The notes below the pieces were generated by a model. It was not told the DNA's origin and made no database searches. It saw only the letters and a program-made list of their open reading frames with translations. A program made the translations under genes and the position numbers. 64,000 bases of DNA from Bryobacteraceae bacterium (GTDB taxonomy: Bacteria > Acidobacteriota > Terriglobia > Bryobacterales > Bryobacteraceae), in NCBI GenBank assembly GCA_036268475.1, contig DATAUB010000035.1, positions 254,171 to 318,170 on the forward strand, in the 5' to 3' direction. Below, one piece after another: positions 9,530 through 20,212 of the stretch. The first letter of the stretch is position 1; each line of letters begins with the position of its first letter.

Positions 9530-10788
9530 CGGCTGCTGTAATTCTAGTGACGCTCCTCGCCATCCCTCTACTGGTACTGGTGACTTTTGTGCAGCTCCTC
9601 TATCTGGAGAGCATGCGCCTGCGCCCGCGCGATCTGCCCAGCGTCCGATTCTTCAAGGAAACGCTCGAAGACCGCCTCGCCATGAAGACCGAGGAGGGGA
9701 TGGAGACGTTCTCCGTCATCAAGCACACGCTGCTCGCCATCATCGGCGCTCTGTGCCTCGCCTGGTCGGCCGATGGACTACCTTGGACCGGACTGTCGCT
9801 CGCCGAAGGCGCGCTCTCCGCCTGGCTCATCATGCTCGGCGCGTCGTATGCGGTGCCGCAGTTGCTCTATCGCCGCACCACCGCGCACTGGATGCTGCGC
9901 TGCGTCCCCATGTTCCGCGCTCTCGCGCTGGTGGCGCGGCCGTGCGTGGCGCTGCTCGATTTCTTCCAGTCGCTGATCGCCCTCACAGACGACACCGCCA
10001 AGCCCGAAGAGGAGCCCACGCCCGCCGAGAACATCGAGGCGTTGATTTCCGCCGGTACGGAAGAGGGCCTCATCGAGGAGGACGACCGCAAGCTCATTCA
10101 GGGAGTGGTGGAATTCGGCGACAAGATTGTGCGCGAGGTCATGACCCCGCGGCCTAACATGATTGCCATCGCTGCCGAAGCCACGCTCGACGAACTGCGG
10201 CAGCTTGTCATCAACGAACAGTTCTCGCGTATTCCGGTGTTCGAACAGAACATCGATCAGATGGTCGGCTTCGTCCACGTGCGCGACATGTTCGAACTGG
10301 AAGAGGAAGAACGCGCTTCGCGCAAAGTGCGCGACCTGCTGCGCCCGGTGAAGTTCGTTCCCGAAACCAAACCGGTGAACGATCTCATGCGGCAAATGCA
10401 GCAGGAGAACGCGCACCTGGTGATCGTGGTGGACGAGTACGGCAACACCGCCGGTATCGCTACCATGGAAGATCTGCTGGAAGTGATTATCGGAGAGATT
10501 CGCGACGAGCACGAGCCGGACAGCGATATCACCGAGGATGGCCAGGGCGGATACATCGTCTCCGGCAGTTTTGAACTGGATCGCCTTCCCGGCCTGTTCG
10601 AGACATTTCATCGCGAGGAAGACATCGAGTCGAGTACAGTCGGCGGATTGGTCAGCGAATGGCTGGGGCACGTTCCCAAGCCCGGCGAAGCGGCCGACCG
10701 CGACGGCCTGCGCATCGACGTCCTGGCCAGCGATGAATTCCGCGTGGAACGGGTACGGCTTAGCAAATCGCAAACGGTAGCTCAATGA
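9526..10788 (+). CDS. Hemolysin/CorC-family protein (DUF21 TM domain + CBS pair + CorC_HlyC)
   Basis: ATGA overlap with the ybeY stop. TM N-terminal half, then a CBS region (VREVMTPRPNMIAI, RIPVFEQNIDQMVGFVHVRD, HLVIVVDEYGNTAGIATMEDLLE). Confidence 0.9.
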   Translation: MTAAVILVTLLAIPLLVLVTFVQLLYLESMRLRPRDLPSVRFFKETLEDRLAMKTEEGMETFSVIKHTLLAIIGALCLAWSADGLPWTGLSLAEGALSAWLIMLGASYAVPQLLYRRTTAHWMLRCVPMFRALALVARPCVALLDFFQSLIALTDDTAKPEEEPTPAENIEALISAGTEEGLIEEDDRKLIQGVVEFGDKIVREVMTPRPNMIAIAAEATLDELRQLVINEQFSRIPVFEQNIDQMVGFVHVRDMFELEEEERASRKVRDLLRPVKFVPETKPVNDLMRQMQQENAHLVIVVDEYGNTAGIATMEDLLEVIIGEIRDEHEPDSDITEDGQGGYIVSGSFELDRLPGLFETFHREEDIESSTVGGLVSEWLGHVPKPGEAADRDGLRIDVLASDEFRVERVRLSKSQTVAQ

Positions 10789-11696
10789 ATAAATTTAAAT
10801 CGGGGTTCGTATCGCTGGTGGGGCGTCCGAACGCCGGAAAATCCACACTGCTCAATGCTCTGGTAGGGCAGAAGGTGGCCATTGTGGCCGACAAGCCGCA
10901 GACCACCCGCACGTCCATTCAAGGCGTGCTCACCCTGCCCGAGGCACAAGTAATTTTCATCGACACGCCCGGCATTCACAAGGCGGATTCGCAACTTAAC
11001 AAGCGCCTCATGGACACCGTGCGGGCTTCGCTCGAAGAGCGCGACCTGCTGCTGTTCCTGGTGGACTCCACGCGTGCTTTCACGGTGGAAGACCGGCGCG
11101 CGCTCGATCTCGCCACCCACACCGGTACGCCCGTGGTGCTGGTACTGACCAAGGTGGATCTGCTCCCCGATAAAGGCAAGCTGCTGCCGCTCATCGAGCA
11201 ATACAAGGGGCTCCACGGTTTTGTGGAATACACGCCTGTATCGGCCACCCGCAAGATCGGCCTCGATGAGTTGCGGCAGGTGATCCTCAATCGGCTGCCC
11301 GAAGGCCCGCAATATTTTCCCGAGAACCACGTGACCGACCAGCCGGAGCGATTCCTGGCCGCCGAACTGGTGCGCGAAAAGGTGCTCCAGGTCACACGCC
11401 AGGAAGTGCCGCATTCGGTCAACGTGATGGTGGACCGGTGGGAGGAGACGCCCAACATTACGCGCATCTATGCTACCGTTCGCGTGGAGCGGCCGGGGCA
11501 GAAGGGCATCGTCATCGGCAAGAAGGGCGCGGTGCTGGTAAAGATCGGCACGCTGGCGCGGGTCGAGATGGAAAAGCTCTTCGGCGTGAAGATCTACCTC
11601 GACCTGCATGTGCGCGTGCAGCCCGGGTGGCGCGAGAAAGCAGCCTTCCTCAATACACTCGACTGGCGTACAATGGCCGTTGAAGATGATTCCTAA
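10785..11696 (+). CDS. era: GTPase Era
   Basis: G1 motif GRPNAGKSTLLNAL, then DTPG and TKVD, with a C-terminal KH domain (IVIGKKGAVLVKIG). ATGA overlap with the upstream gene. Confidence 0.95.
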   Translation: MNKFKSGFVSLVGRPNAGKSTLLNALVGQKVAIVADKPQTTRTSIQGVLTLPEAQVIFIDTPGIHKADSQLNKRLMDTVRASLEERDLLLFLVDSTRAFTVEDRRALDLATHTGTPVVLVLTKVDLLPDKGKLLPLIEQYKGLHGFVEYTPVSATRKIGLDELRQVILNRLPEGPQYFPENHVTDQPERFLAAELVREKVLQVTRQEVPHSVNVMVDRWEETPNITRIYATVRVERPGQKGIVIGKKGAVLVKIGTLARVEMEKLFGVKIYLDLHVRVQPGWREKAAFLNTLDWRTMAVEDDS

Positions 11697-11976
11697 AATC
11701 TGTGCTTCCTTGATGGCGCTGATTCTGCTGGTCAGCGCTTGTCTGGCTGCCGATAAACCGGTCTCCGACGACACCATCTACGACAAGGTACGCATCGCGC
11801 TGGCAAGCGATATCGATGTAAAGGGCGGCAATCTGAAAGTGGACGTGAAGAACGGCGTAGTCACGCTCGCCGGTGACGTGGAGAGCCAGGGGCAGAAGGA
11901 TAAGGCCGGCCACATCGCCAAGAGGGTGAAGGGCGTCAAGAAAGTCACCAACAACATCGAAGTAAAGATGCGGTAG
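11686..11976 (+). CDS. BON-domain periplasmic protein
   Basis: Start at the internal ATG at 11686 (MIPKICASLMALILLVSACLA, signal peptide). The remainder, LKVDVKNGVVTLAGDVESQGQKDKAGHIAKRVKGVKKVTNNIEV, is a BON pattern. Confidence 0.75.
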   Translation: MIPKICASLMALILLVSACLAADKPVSDDTIYDKVRIALASDIDVKGGNLKVDVKNGVVTLAGDVESQGQKDKAGHIAKRVKGVKKVTNNIEVKMR

Positions 11977-12843
11977 ATGGCGGCTGTCCTTCGCATCGGC
12001 GTCGCCGCGGCCATCTTCGCGCTCAGCGCGCCGGCGCAGGACTTTTCCAAAATCACCATCGAAACCATCGGCAAGAATCTGCAGTTCACCGAAGGCCCGG
12101 TGTGGTCGAAAGATGGCTTCATGATCTTCAGCGACACGGTCGCCGGCAAGATCTGGAAGTGGGCGCCAGGCAGCGAGGCGGTGACCTTTCGCGAGCCGTC
12201 CAACGGCGCCAGCGGCAATGCCTTCGATACCCAGGGCCGTCTTTATACTTGCGAAACTCACACCCGCCGCGTCACTCGCACCAACATGAAGGACGGCCGC
12301 GTAGACGTCCTGGCAGACCAGTGGGACGGCAAGAAACTGAACGCTCCCTGCGATCTGGCGGTGAGCAAGAGCGATCACGTCTACTTCACCGACCCCGCTT
12401 TCGGCGGCCAGCAGGACCATCGCGAGCTCGATTTCTACGGCGTGTACCATCTTCCGCCCAAGGGTCCTCTGAAACTGGTGGCGAAGCCGGCCGGGCGGCC
12501 GCACGGCATCGCGCTTTCGCCCAATGGCCGAGTGCTCTATGTCACCAACGCCGATGAGCGCACTGTGCGCGCCTACGATATCGACCGCAACGGCGACCCT
12601 TCCGGCGAGCGTGTGCTGGTGGCGCGGACCGACGGCATTCCCGGCGGGCTCAAGGTGGACGAGAAGGGCCAGTTGTTTGTAACGATCGCCAAAGGCATCG
12701 CAATCTACAGCGCCGGCGGCAAGCCGCTCCATCTGATCCCCCTGCACGATCGCCCTTCGGATTGCGCATTCGACCCCCAAGGCACGTGGCTCTATATCAC
12801 CGCCGGCAACTTTCTCTATCGCGTTCGCCTGGACGGGAATTAG
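11977..12843 (+). CDS. SMP-30/gluconolactonase/LRE-family protein
   Basis: Signal peptide, then FTEGPVWSKDGFMIFSD, PNGIALSPNG and RVLYVT six-blade propeller motifs. Confidence 0.8.
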   Translation: MAAVLRIGVAAAIFALSAPAQDFSKITIETIGKNLQFTEGPVWSKDGFMIFSDTVAGKIWKWAPGSEAVTFREPSNGASGNAFDTQGRLYTCETHTRRVTRTNMKDGRVDVLADQWDGKKLNAPCDLAVSKSDHVYFTDPAFGGQQDHRELDFYGVYHLPPKGPLKLVAKPAGRPHGIALSPNGRVLYVTNADERTVRAYDIDRNGDPSGERVLVARTDGIPGGLKVDEKGQLFVTIAKGIAIYSAGGKPLHLIPLHDRPSDCAFDPQGTWLYITAGNFLYRVRLDGN

Positions 12844-12869
12844 CAACAAATGGCGGGCGGGTGACCTGA

Positions 12870-13319
12870 ATGTCCGAGACTGACGATCGCCGTTATCCCA
12901 AGCGCCCCATCGTGGGGATTGGCGCCCTCATCTTCCAGCGCGACCGCATCCTCATGGCGCAGCGCGGCAAGCAGCCTTTGCAGGGTTGGTGGTCGCTCCC
13001 CGGCGGTGCGCTCGAAGTGGGCGAATCGCTCGCCGACGGTATTCGCCGCGAGGTTCGCGAAGAGACCGGGCTCGACGTCCACCCCGTCGGAGTGCTGGAA
13101 ATCTTCGAGCGCATCATGCGCGACGCGAGTGGCGCGCCCGAGTATCACTACGTCCTCATCGACTACGTCTGCCGCATCGTGGGCGGCGAATTGTGCGCCG
13201 GCGACGACGCTTGCGAGGTGGAATGGGTGCGCCGCCGCGATCTGCCGGAACTGCACATCACCGAGGGCACGCTGGCCGTCATTGAAAAAGGCTTTCGCGA
13301 ACGGCGAAGATATAAATGA
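12870..13319 (+). CDS. NUDIX hydrolase
   Basis: Intact Nudix box GGALEVGESLADGIRREVREETGL. Confidence 0.85.
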   Translation: MSETDDRRYPKRPIVGIGALIFQRDRILMAQRGKQPLQGWWSLPGGALEVGESLADGIRREVREETGLDVHPVGVLEIFERIMRDASGAPEYHYVLIDYVCRIVGGELCAGDDACEVEWVRRRDLPELHITEGTLAVIEKGFRERRRYK

Positions 13320-13331
13320 GGCGTCACCCTT

Positions 13332-15740
13332 TTGAACACCAGCGCGGATGTACTCGAATTCGAAGCTTTGCGGCAGGTCGTGGGCCGCTACCTGTCGACC
13401 GCTCCCGGTAAGCGCGAGCTCGATAAGCTACAGCCGCACGCGGACCGTGCAGTGCTTGAAGAGGACCTCGCCGAGACCGCCGAGGCCATCGAATATCTAC
13501 GAGTCGCGTCCCGCCCGCAGGCCGGCGGGCGCGGTGGCGCCATCCGCGTGGATTTCAACGGCATCCCCGACACCGAAACCATCATTCACAAACTGCGCAT
13601 CGAAGGCGCGGGTCTGGAGCCCACCGAAATATTCGCGGTATTTGCGCTGCTCGACCGCGCCGCCGATGCCAAATCGGTGCTCACCGCATCGAGCGAACGT
13701 TTTCCGCGCCTGGGCCGCCGCGCGCAGACCATCGGCGATTTCCGCGCGCTTCTCAAAGACCTGGAAGGCAAGATTCTGCCCGACGGCAGCATTGCCGACC
13801 ATGCCAGCGTGGCGCTCGCCCGCCTGCGGCGCGATATCGAGCGGCAGAAGCGCTCCATCCAGGAGTCGCTCGAACGCTTCCTGCGTTCCCATCGCGACGA
13901 GGGCGTACTGCAAGAGGAGTTCGTGACCATCCGCAATGAGCGCTTCGTGGTGCCGATCATTGCCGGGCAGCGCCGCAAACTCGACGGCGTGATCCACGGC
14001 ACCAGCGCCAGCGGCGCCACCCTCTTCGTCGAGCCCATCGAGACCATCGACCTCAATAACGAGCTGGTGCGCCTCACCGAGGAGGAGATGCGCGAAGTGC
14101 ATCGCATTCTGGTGGAAATCACCGGCCGTCTGCGCGGCCACGGCGATTCCATCCGGCAGACGCTGGTCACCATGGCGCAGCTCGAATTGATTTTCGGGAA
14201 GGCGCGCTTCGCCGGCGAGTTCGGTTGCACCATCCCCCGCTTCGGCGAGCGCCTGCTGCTGCGCGATGCGCGCCATCCCCTGCTGGAAGACGTGATGCGA
14301 CGGCGGCGCAAAGAGGTGGTGCCGATCGGTCTGGAGCTCAACGGCGAGCGGCGTACGCTGCTCATCAGCGGGCCCAATACCGGTGGCAAAACCGTCAGCC
14401 TGAAAACCATCGGCCTACTGACTCTGATGGCGCAGGCGGCCATCCCGGTGCCTGCCGCGGAGGCGGAATTCCCCGTCTTCTCGCAGGTGCTGGCGGATAT
14501 CGGCGACTATCAGTCCATTCAGGAAAACCTCAGTACCTTCTCCGCGCACGTCACCAAGATTCGCGAGATGGCGCTCGACGTGACACCCGATTCGCTGGTG
14601 CTGCTCGACGAACTCGGCTCCGCCACCGACCCTGAAGAGGGTGGCGCCCTGGGGGTCGCGATCGTCGACCACTTCCGCTCGGCGGGGGCCTTCACGCTGA
14701 TCTCGACCCACCTGATGGCGCTCAAGATTTACGGCGCGTCCACGGAGGGAGTGGTCAACGGATCGATGGGGTTCGATGAGGCGACCTTCGAGCCGACCTA
14801 CCAGTTGCAGATCGGGCTGCCGGGGAAGTCGGCCGGCCTGGAGATCGCCACCCGCCTGGGCATGCCGGAAGATATCATGCTGCGCGCGCGCCGCTCCATG
14901 AGCGATCGTGAGCGCGACGTCACGCGCTTTCTATCGGAACTGCATCGCCGGATCGAAGAGACGCAGACGCTGGAACAGAAACTGCGCGAGCAATTGGCCG
15001 CCGCCGAGCGCCACGACAAGGAACTGGCGCGGGAATGGGAGAAGCGCGAGACGGCCAAATTAAAGGAACTGGAGCGCCGGACCGACCAGGCGTTGGCGAA
15101 GTTCGAGGAGCAGGCGCAGGATACCCTGGGCAAAATCGGGCAGGGCGCCGATAAGCGCAAGGCCGAGCAGGAGGCGCAGCGCCGCGTCGCCAAGGCGAAG
15201 CGCGAACTGCGCGAAGATTTTTCCACCACCGTGCTTTCCACTCAAGACGATTCGCGCCAGGATCGCATTCAGCCCTTGAAGATCGAAGAAGGCGCGCGCG
15301 TCCGCCTGCGCGATGTGCGCGAACCGGCCACCGTCCGGCGCAAGCTGTCGAACGGCCGCATCGAAGTGGAAGCCGGCTTCATGAAGATGCAGGTTTCCGA
15401 GGACGACGTGATCGAAGTGCTCCCTCCGGCAGGTCCGGGCGCCGGCAAGCTGCCGCGCAATGTGAGCTATCGGCCGGCTCCGGAGCTCGCGCCCGTACAC
15501 CAGGAGATCAACGTCATCGGGCAGCACGTGGAGGAGGCACGCGACGCCGTCGACGAATTCCTCGATCGCGCCGTGATGGCCACTGCCAGCCGCGTCCGAA
15601 TCGTGCACGGCCACGGCATGGGAGTGCTCAAGCGGACTATCGCCGACATGCTGGCGCACCACCCGCATGTGGCCAAGTTCTACCAGGCGCCGCAGCAGGA
15701 AGGCGGCGCCGGAGCGACCATAGTCGAGCTGCGGGAATAG
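13332..15740 (+). CDS. mutS2: Endonuclease MutS2 (MutS domain V ATPase + C-terminal Smr)
   Basis: LISGPNTGGKTVSLKTIGLL Walker A, then DELGSATDPEEG, a long coiled coil, and an Smr domain (VRIVHGHGMGVLKRTI). TTG start. Confidence 0.95.
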   Translation: MNTSADVLEFEALRQVVGRYLSTAPGKRELDKLQPHADRAVLEEDLAETAEAIEYLRVASRPQAGGRGGAIRVDFNGIPDTETIIHKLRIEGAGLEPTEIFAVFALLDRAADAKSVLTASSERFPRLGRRAQTIGDFRALLKDLEGKILPDGSIADHASVALARLRRDIERQKRSIQESLERFLRSHRDEGVLQEEFVTIRNERFVVPIIAGQRRKLDGVIHGTSASGATLFVEPIETIDLNNELVRLTEEEMREVHRILVEITGRLRGHGDSIRQTLVTMAQLELIFGKARFAGEFGCTIPRFGERLLLRDARHPLLEDVMRRRRKEVVPIGLELNGERRTLLISGPNTGGKTVSLKTIGLLTLMAQAAIPVPAAEAEFPVFSQVLADIGDYQSIQENLSTFSAHVTKIREMALDVTPDSLVLLDELGSATDPEEGGALGVAIVDHFRSAGAFTLISTHLMALKIYGASTEGVVNGSMGFDEATFEPTYQLQIGLPGKSAGLEIATRLGMPEDIMLRARRSMSDRERDVTRFLSELHRRIEETQTLEQKLREQLAAAERHDKELAREWEKRETAKLKELERRTDQALAKFEEQAQDTLGKIGQGADKRKAEQEAQRRVAKAKRELREDFSTTVLSTQDDSRQDRIQPLKIEEGARVRLRDVREPATVRRKLSNGRIEVEAGFMKMQVSEDDVIEVLPPAGPGAGKLPRNVSYRPAPELAPVHQEINVIGQHVEEARDAVDEFLDRAVMATASRVRIVHGHGMGVLKRTIADMLAHHPHVAKFYQAPQQEGGAGATIVELRE

Positions 15741-15869
15741 CGGCCGCCAACTGCTGGACGATTCGCCCCAGGGCGCCCCGATGGGGCCAGCCACGGGCGT
15801 CCGCATCGCGGATTGCCATGGCATCCACGTACCCACCCTCCCCACCTCGCTGCCAACGAACCTCTACCG

Positions 15870-15908
15870 GGCGTCGGAACGACCATAGTCGAGTTGCGGG
15901 AGTAACGG
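15870..15908 (+). repeat. 39-nt imperfect direct repeat of the mutS2 3-prime end (copy of 15705..15743)
   Basis: 34 of 39 nt identical. Copy 1 encodes GAGATIVELRE-stop (TAG); copy 2 would encode GVGTTIVELRE-stop (TAA). The offset is 165 nt, so the reading phase is the same. Confidence 0.85.
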
Positions 15909-16379
15909 GGGAGCGGCAGCATACGGATATAGTCGGACGGCCAGCGCCAACCTTGCACCACGAAGGAAACGGCCAGCAGGAAGGCGCCGCGAAGTGCCAC
16001 CACCAGGGTGACGTCCTGCCCCATGACGCGGCGAGACGAGCGGGAAACTATTGATGCATCATGAATTGCGGGCTGTAGCCGGGCGCCTGTGGCTTCGTTT
16101 CACGGTTGCCACTTGGTACAGCCCGGGTGCCGGCGAAATCGTTGTTGGCCCGGGCGAAGAAATAGGGAAAGAAGGGCTGCCACAGCTTCACATTTAGCGC
16201 CAGTCCGGTGAGGCAGAAGAGGGCGATCCGAGGACGCGGCGCCACAGCGCTTCAGACTCCGGCAGGTAGGGGCCACGTCGAGTTCTCGAAGGATAGCAAC
16301 CTGGAATTACATAACTCTTACAATGACTTGCCCTTTTCCCCTGGTATCGTAAAAGTCGACACCACCCCAGAGGAACCTC

Positions 16380-17234
<855 letters not shown>

Positions 17235-17236
17235 TT

Positions 17237-18232
17237 TTACGGCATACGCTGCGGGTAGTCCCGCTCCAGTTGGCGATACATCTGGCGCGATTGCTCCACC
17301 CGTCCGCGATAATTGCCCAGCATCTCCGCCACGGCAGATAACCCGTCGAAATCGGCGCCGTATTCCGCGGTGATCCGCAGATCGACCGTTCCCGGCGGGT
17401 CTCCCAGAATGCGGATATTCGTCTGACCGGCCTCCAGGTGTGCCCTGAGATCGGTTTCGATCTCGGGGAGAGGTTTTCCGTACACCTGCCCCATCGCTGC
17501 GGCCGTCCCGGTGGCCTGGACGGCGGCCAAAAAGTCCGGAAATCGGTCTTGGTAGCGCGGATCGAGCACCAGCATGTGCGCTAGCAGCCAGCTTTCCGCA
17601 TAGGCGGCGTCCACCAACGCGGAATCCGTGAAAATTCCGGAATCGGCCTTCGCCGCGATCAAATCGGCCAACGGAATCCATCGGTCGCGCCGCAAAGCCA
17701 GCACCCGTTCAGGAATGAACTGCCCCAGTTCGGTACGCTCACCGTCCCGGCTCTCCCAGAGATTAGAGTACAGTTCGGCCAACCCCTCGTTCAGCCACAC
17801 CGGCAGGTGCATGCCGCTCCCCGCCATCAGGAAATGGACGTACTCATGGGCGGCCACGCGGCCATCGGCACGTGAACCGTCGAGCACCACGAAATCGCGC
17901 CGCGTACCCGGCAGAAAGAAGCCGATCGAGCGGCTGATGGGCGCATAAGGCTGAAATTCATCGCGCGATCCGAACGCAATGACGCAGATCGGCTTTTCGC
18001 GTTGGTCGCGCGGCTCGCCCCGCCACCCCAAAATCGGCTGTAGAATCGCCCGAAGCTGTTCCAGGCGCACCACCAGATTGCGCCCTGCCTCTTCGTCCCC
18101 AGTGGTGTACGCTTCGAAGTCCGCGGTAGACAATTTAATCCAGGACGAATGACGGCGCGGGATCTCGCCGGCGGCAGACCATGCCGGAGACAGACAGCAA
18201 AACAGGGCAACCACCGCCAGACTTCTCCGCAC
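17237..18232 (-). CDS. Secreted putative zinc metallopeptidase (gluzincin/DUF1570-like)
   Basis: Signal peptide MRRSLAVVALFCCLSPAWSAAG. HEYVH (HExxH) is followed by NEGLAELY, which could supply the third ligand Glu. Confidence 0.6.
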   Translation of the reverse strand: MRRSLAVVALFCCLSPAWSAAGEIPRRHSSWIKLSTADFEAYTTGDEEAGRNLVVRLEQLRAILQPILGWRGEPRDQREKPICVIAFGSRDEFQPYAPISRSIGFFLPGTRRDFVVLDGSRADGRVAAHEYVHFLMAGSGMHLPVWLNEGLAELYSNLWESRDGERTELGQFIPERVLALRRDRWIPLADLIAAKADSGIFTDSALVDAAYAESWLLAHMLVLDPRYQDRFPDFLAAVQATGTAAAMGQVYGKPLPEIETDLRAHLEAGQTNIRILGDPPGTVDLRITAEYGADFDGLSAVAEMLGNYRGRVEQSRQMYRQLERDYPQRMP

Positions 18233-18356
18233 GATCTCTTATCGGCCGAATCTCGTTGGAACTTGATAGTTTCGGGGACAGAACAGGCGACGCTGCCCGG
18301 GATTCACACGTACATTAGGGCTTCCCGATTTACCGTGAGCCCGTGCGAACTAGATT

Positions 18357-18674
18357 ATGGAACGACGTGGGGCGCACGTCACAACCGAAACAGAAGCGCG
18401 ACTGATCCTCACCATCGACTGCCCGACACGTGTCGGGTCGCGCGGCACCGAACCGGAGTTCCAACTGAACTCCACGCCGATTCCGAAAGATCAGTTACCC
18501 TACGCACTTCGGGCGGCACTCAGCCGAAGATCGAAGCCTGTCCTTTATCTCCGCGGCGAAGGGTGCGTCGCTATCGGAGAAATAGTCCGGGTAATCGATG
18601 TCGTTCGAGGAGCCTGGTACGGCCTCCCCATCGTCCTCTTGACCTCCGAGCCCGGATCCAAATCGCAACCCTGA
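18357..18674 (+). CDS. Hypothetical protein; the C-terminal half faintly resembles an ExbD/TolR periplasmic domain
   Basis: KPVLYLRGEGCVAIGEIVRVIDVVRGAWYGLPIVLLT resembles the ExbD core, but there is no TM segment. Sits in the lower-GC patch. Confidence 0.4.
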   Translation: MERRGAHVTTETEARLILTIDCPTRVGSRGTEPEFQLNSTPIPKDQLPYALRAALSRRSKPVLYLRGEGCVAIGEIVRVIDVVRGAWYGLPIVLLTSEPGSKSQP

Positions 18675-18726
18675 AATTTACCCCCCTGGTGCCGAAGGCC
18701 AGCGCCGTCACACACCGATTGGTAAC

Positions 18727-19086
18727 ATGTTGTCTGTGAAGTGGCGGCTATCCACTGGTACCGCGATTGCCGTGGTCATTTTGGCCATCTTTCTGTTCCC
18801 CTCAACCTCCGTGCGGCATTGGCACAATGCAAGGGTGGTGGCAGTGGAAACGAAGGGCCTCGTCCGACAATTCGACCTTATTGACAGTTACGATCCTGAC
18901 TGTATCCTGAGAGCAGTTGAATTCAGAAATCCCTTCCGCCCTCTTTCAATGGGGAGAGGGGCCACAGTTCGGATCTCCCAAGCACCTGGCGGCCACATTT
19001 ACCTCAAAGACGACCATGGCCGCGAACACGAGGGCAGAATTGTTCTCTTCGGCTTAATGGCGAATCACATCGCCGCGCAAGAATAG
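18727..19086 (+). CDS. Hypothetical single-pass membrane protein
   Basis: N-terminal TM segment (GTAIAVVILAIFLFP) followed by a soluble domain of about 85 aa. Lower GC than the surroundings. Confidence 0.5.
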   Translation: MLSVKWRLSTGTAIAVVILAIFLFPSTSVRHWHNARVVAVETKGLVRQFDLIDSYDPDCILRAVEFRNPFRPLSMGRGATVRISQAPGGHIYLKDDHGREHEGRIVLFGLMANHIAAQE

Positions 19087-19115
19087 CGGCTCCTTGCCAC
19101 AGGCGCAGCACCCTT

Positions 19116-19159
19116 GGGACGTCCTGGTTGTCGAAAGGTAGTACCAGACCGGACGTCCC
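19116..19159 (+). terminator. Long imperfect hairpin between two hypothetical genes (possible weak terminator or attenuator)
   Basis: GGGACGTCCTGGT, a 14-nt loop, then ACCA(gacc)GGACGTCCC: 13 bp with a 4-nt bulge. Followed by cggTTTcc, which has only three T. Confidence 0.3.
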
Positions 19160-19174
19160 CGGTTTCCAATTAGT

Positions 19175-20212
19175 ATGGTCCGGTTGTGGGATGCACGCCA
19201 GGAAGTTGTACCCAAGATCGTTGCCGCCCTCCTGTTCGCGTGCAGCATGATAGCGACTTTCGCGTGCCTCTCGGAGATCCCGAAGAATAGTCCCTGGTTC
19301 GATCCCGGCATGGCCCGCACGATGGCTGGCGTGAGCCCGCTGGTTTTCCTCTGCGCGTGCGTGCTCGTTTTCCTGCGGCCCAGTTTCGGATACCTCCTGG
19401 GTTTGTTGGCTGGATTGGCGGCACTCCCTTGGCTCGTTTGGAGCGAGTTGTCACTCGCCCCATGGAACACTTGGGTTCTACTGGTCCTGGCCCACGACCA
19501 ACACGACGTCACAGCCTTTTGGAACCTCAGAATTCTCGCAGCAGCGCTAATCGCGATGTCGACTGGCTGCGCCGTAATTCGGCTGGTTCCTGCCCGCCTG
19601 TTGTTACGCCAGACGCCCGTGTGCCGGCGTTCATGGCCTGCCGTTTCACTGGGGATGCTCGTTGTGGCAGAGTGGCTCGTCCATTCCGTCACGCCTTACG
19701 TCGTCCCTGAATGCCGAAAAGCAACGAGCCCGGAATTTCAGATCCTCCATATGGAAAAGAGAGGACTGCGAATTCACCAGGTTGCTGTTAGCGCCTATAA
19801 GGACGGGCGCGTCTATTCTTCGGTGGACGAGAGAAGGGTTTTTCGCCTTCGATTTGCAAGACAGGACTTCCAGGCTGCCATGCCTTACGAGCGCATAATC
19901 GCAGTTGCGCAATCGCCAGAACTGCTGAACCAGCACACGCCACTTCTGCGACCGCCGCTACGATCCTGGAATACCGACCGTTGGTACATCGTGCTCAAAG
20001 GCCACCGGCTCCTCGAGTTTGAAAGCGAGAGCCAAGCGCCTCCACCTGCGGAGATAACCAGTCTGCTTCGGGATGTCGAGCAATTACCAATTTCGGGAAA
20101 GCAGTCGTTTCTTGCTCGCGACGTCTGCCTTGGTCTTTGCTACGATCCCCTCGCCGAAATGGGTTACTACACTGCCTTTTATGAGCAGGCAGGGCTGATG
20201 GGTGCCCATTGA
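19175..20212 (+). CDS. Hypothetical polytopic membrane protein with a C-terminal soluble domain
   Basis: About 5 hydrophobic segments in the first 170 aa, then a roughly 170-aa hydrophilic domain. No family recognised. Confidence 0.55.
   Translation: MVRLWDARQEVVPKIVAALLFACSMIATFACLSEIPKNSPWFDPGMARTMAGVSPLVFLCACVLVFLRPSFGYLLGLLAGLAALPWLVWSELSLAPWNTWVLLVLAHDQHDVTAFWNLRILAAALIAMSTGCAVIRLVPARLLLRQTPVCRRSWPAVSLGMLVVAEWLVHSVTPYVVPECRKATSPEFQILHMEKRGLRIHQVAVSAYKDGRVYSSVDERRVFRLRFARQDFQAAMPYERIIAVAQSPELLNQHTPLLRPPLRSWNTDRWYIVLKGHRLLEFESESQAPPPAEITSLLRDVEQLPISGKQSFLARDVCLGLCYDPLAEMGYYTAFYEQAGLMGAH

Noticed and set aside
15741-16379. Small minus-strand ORFs (16048..16245 and 15680..16024) in the 640-nt gap after mutS2, considered as possible genes.
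   Set aside because: 15680..16024 is largely the antisense of the mutS2 tail and its duplicate. 16048..16245 has a hydrophobic start but no recognisable family, no ribosome-binding site and no partner. Support is insufficient, though the gap remains unexplained.
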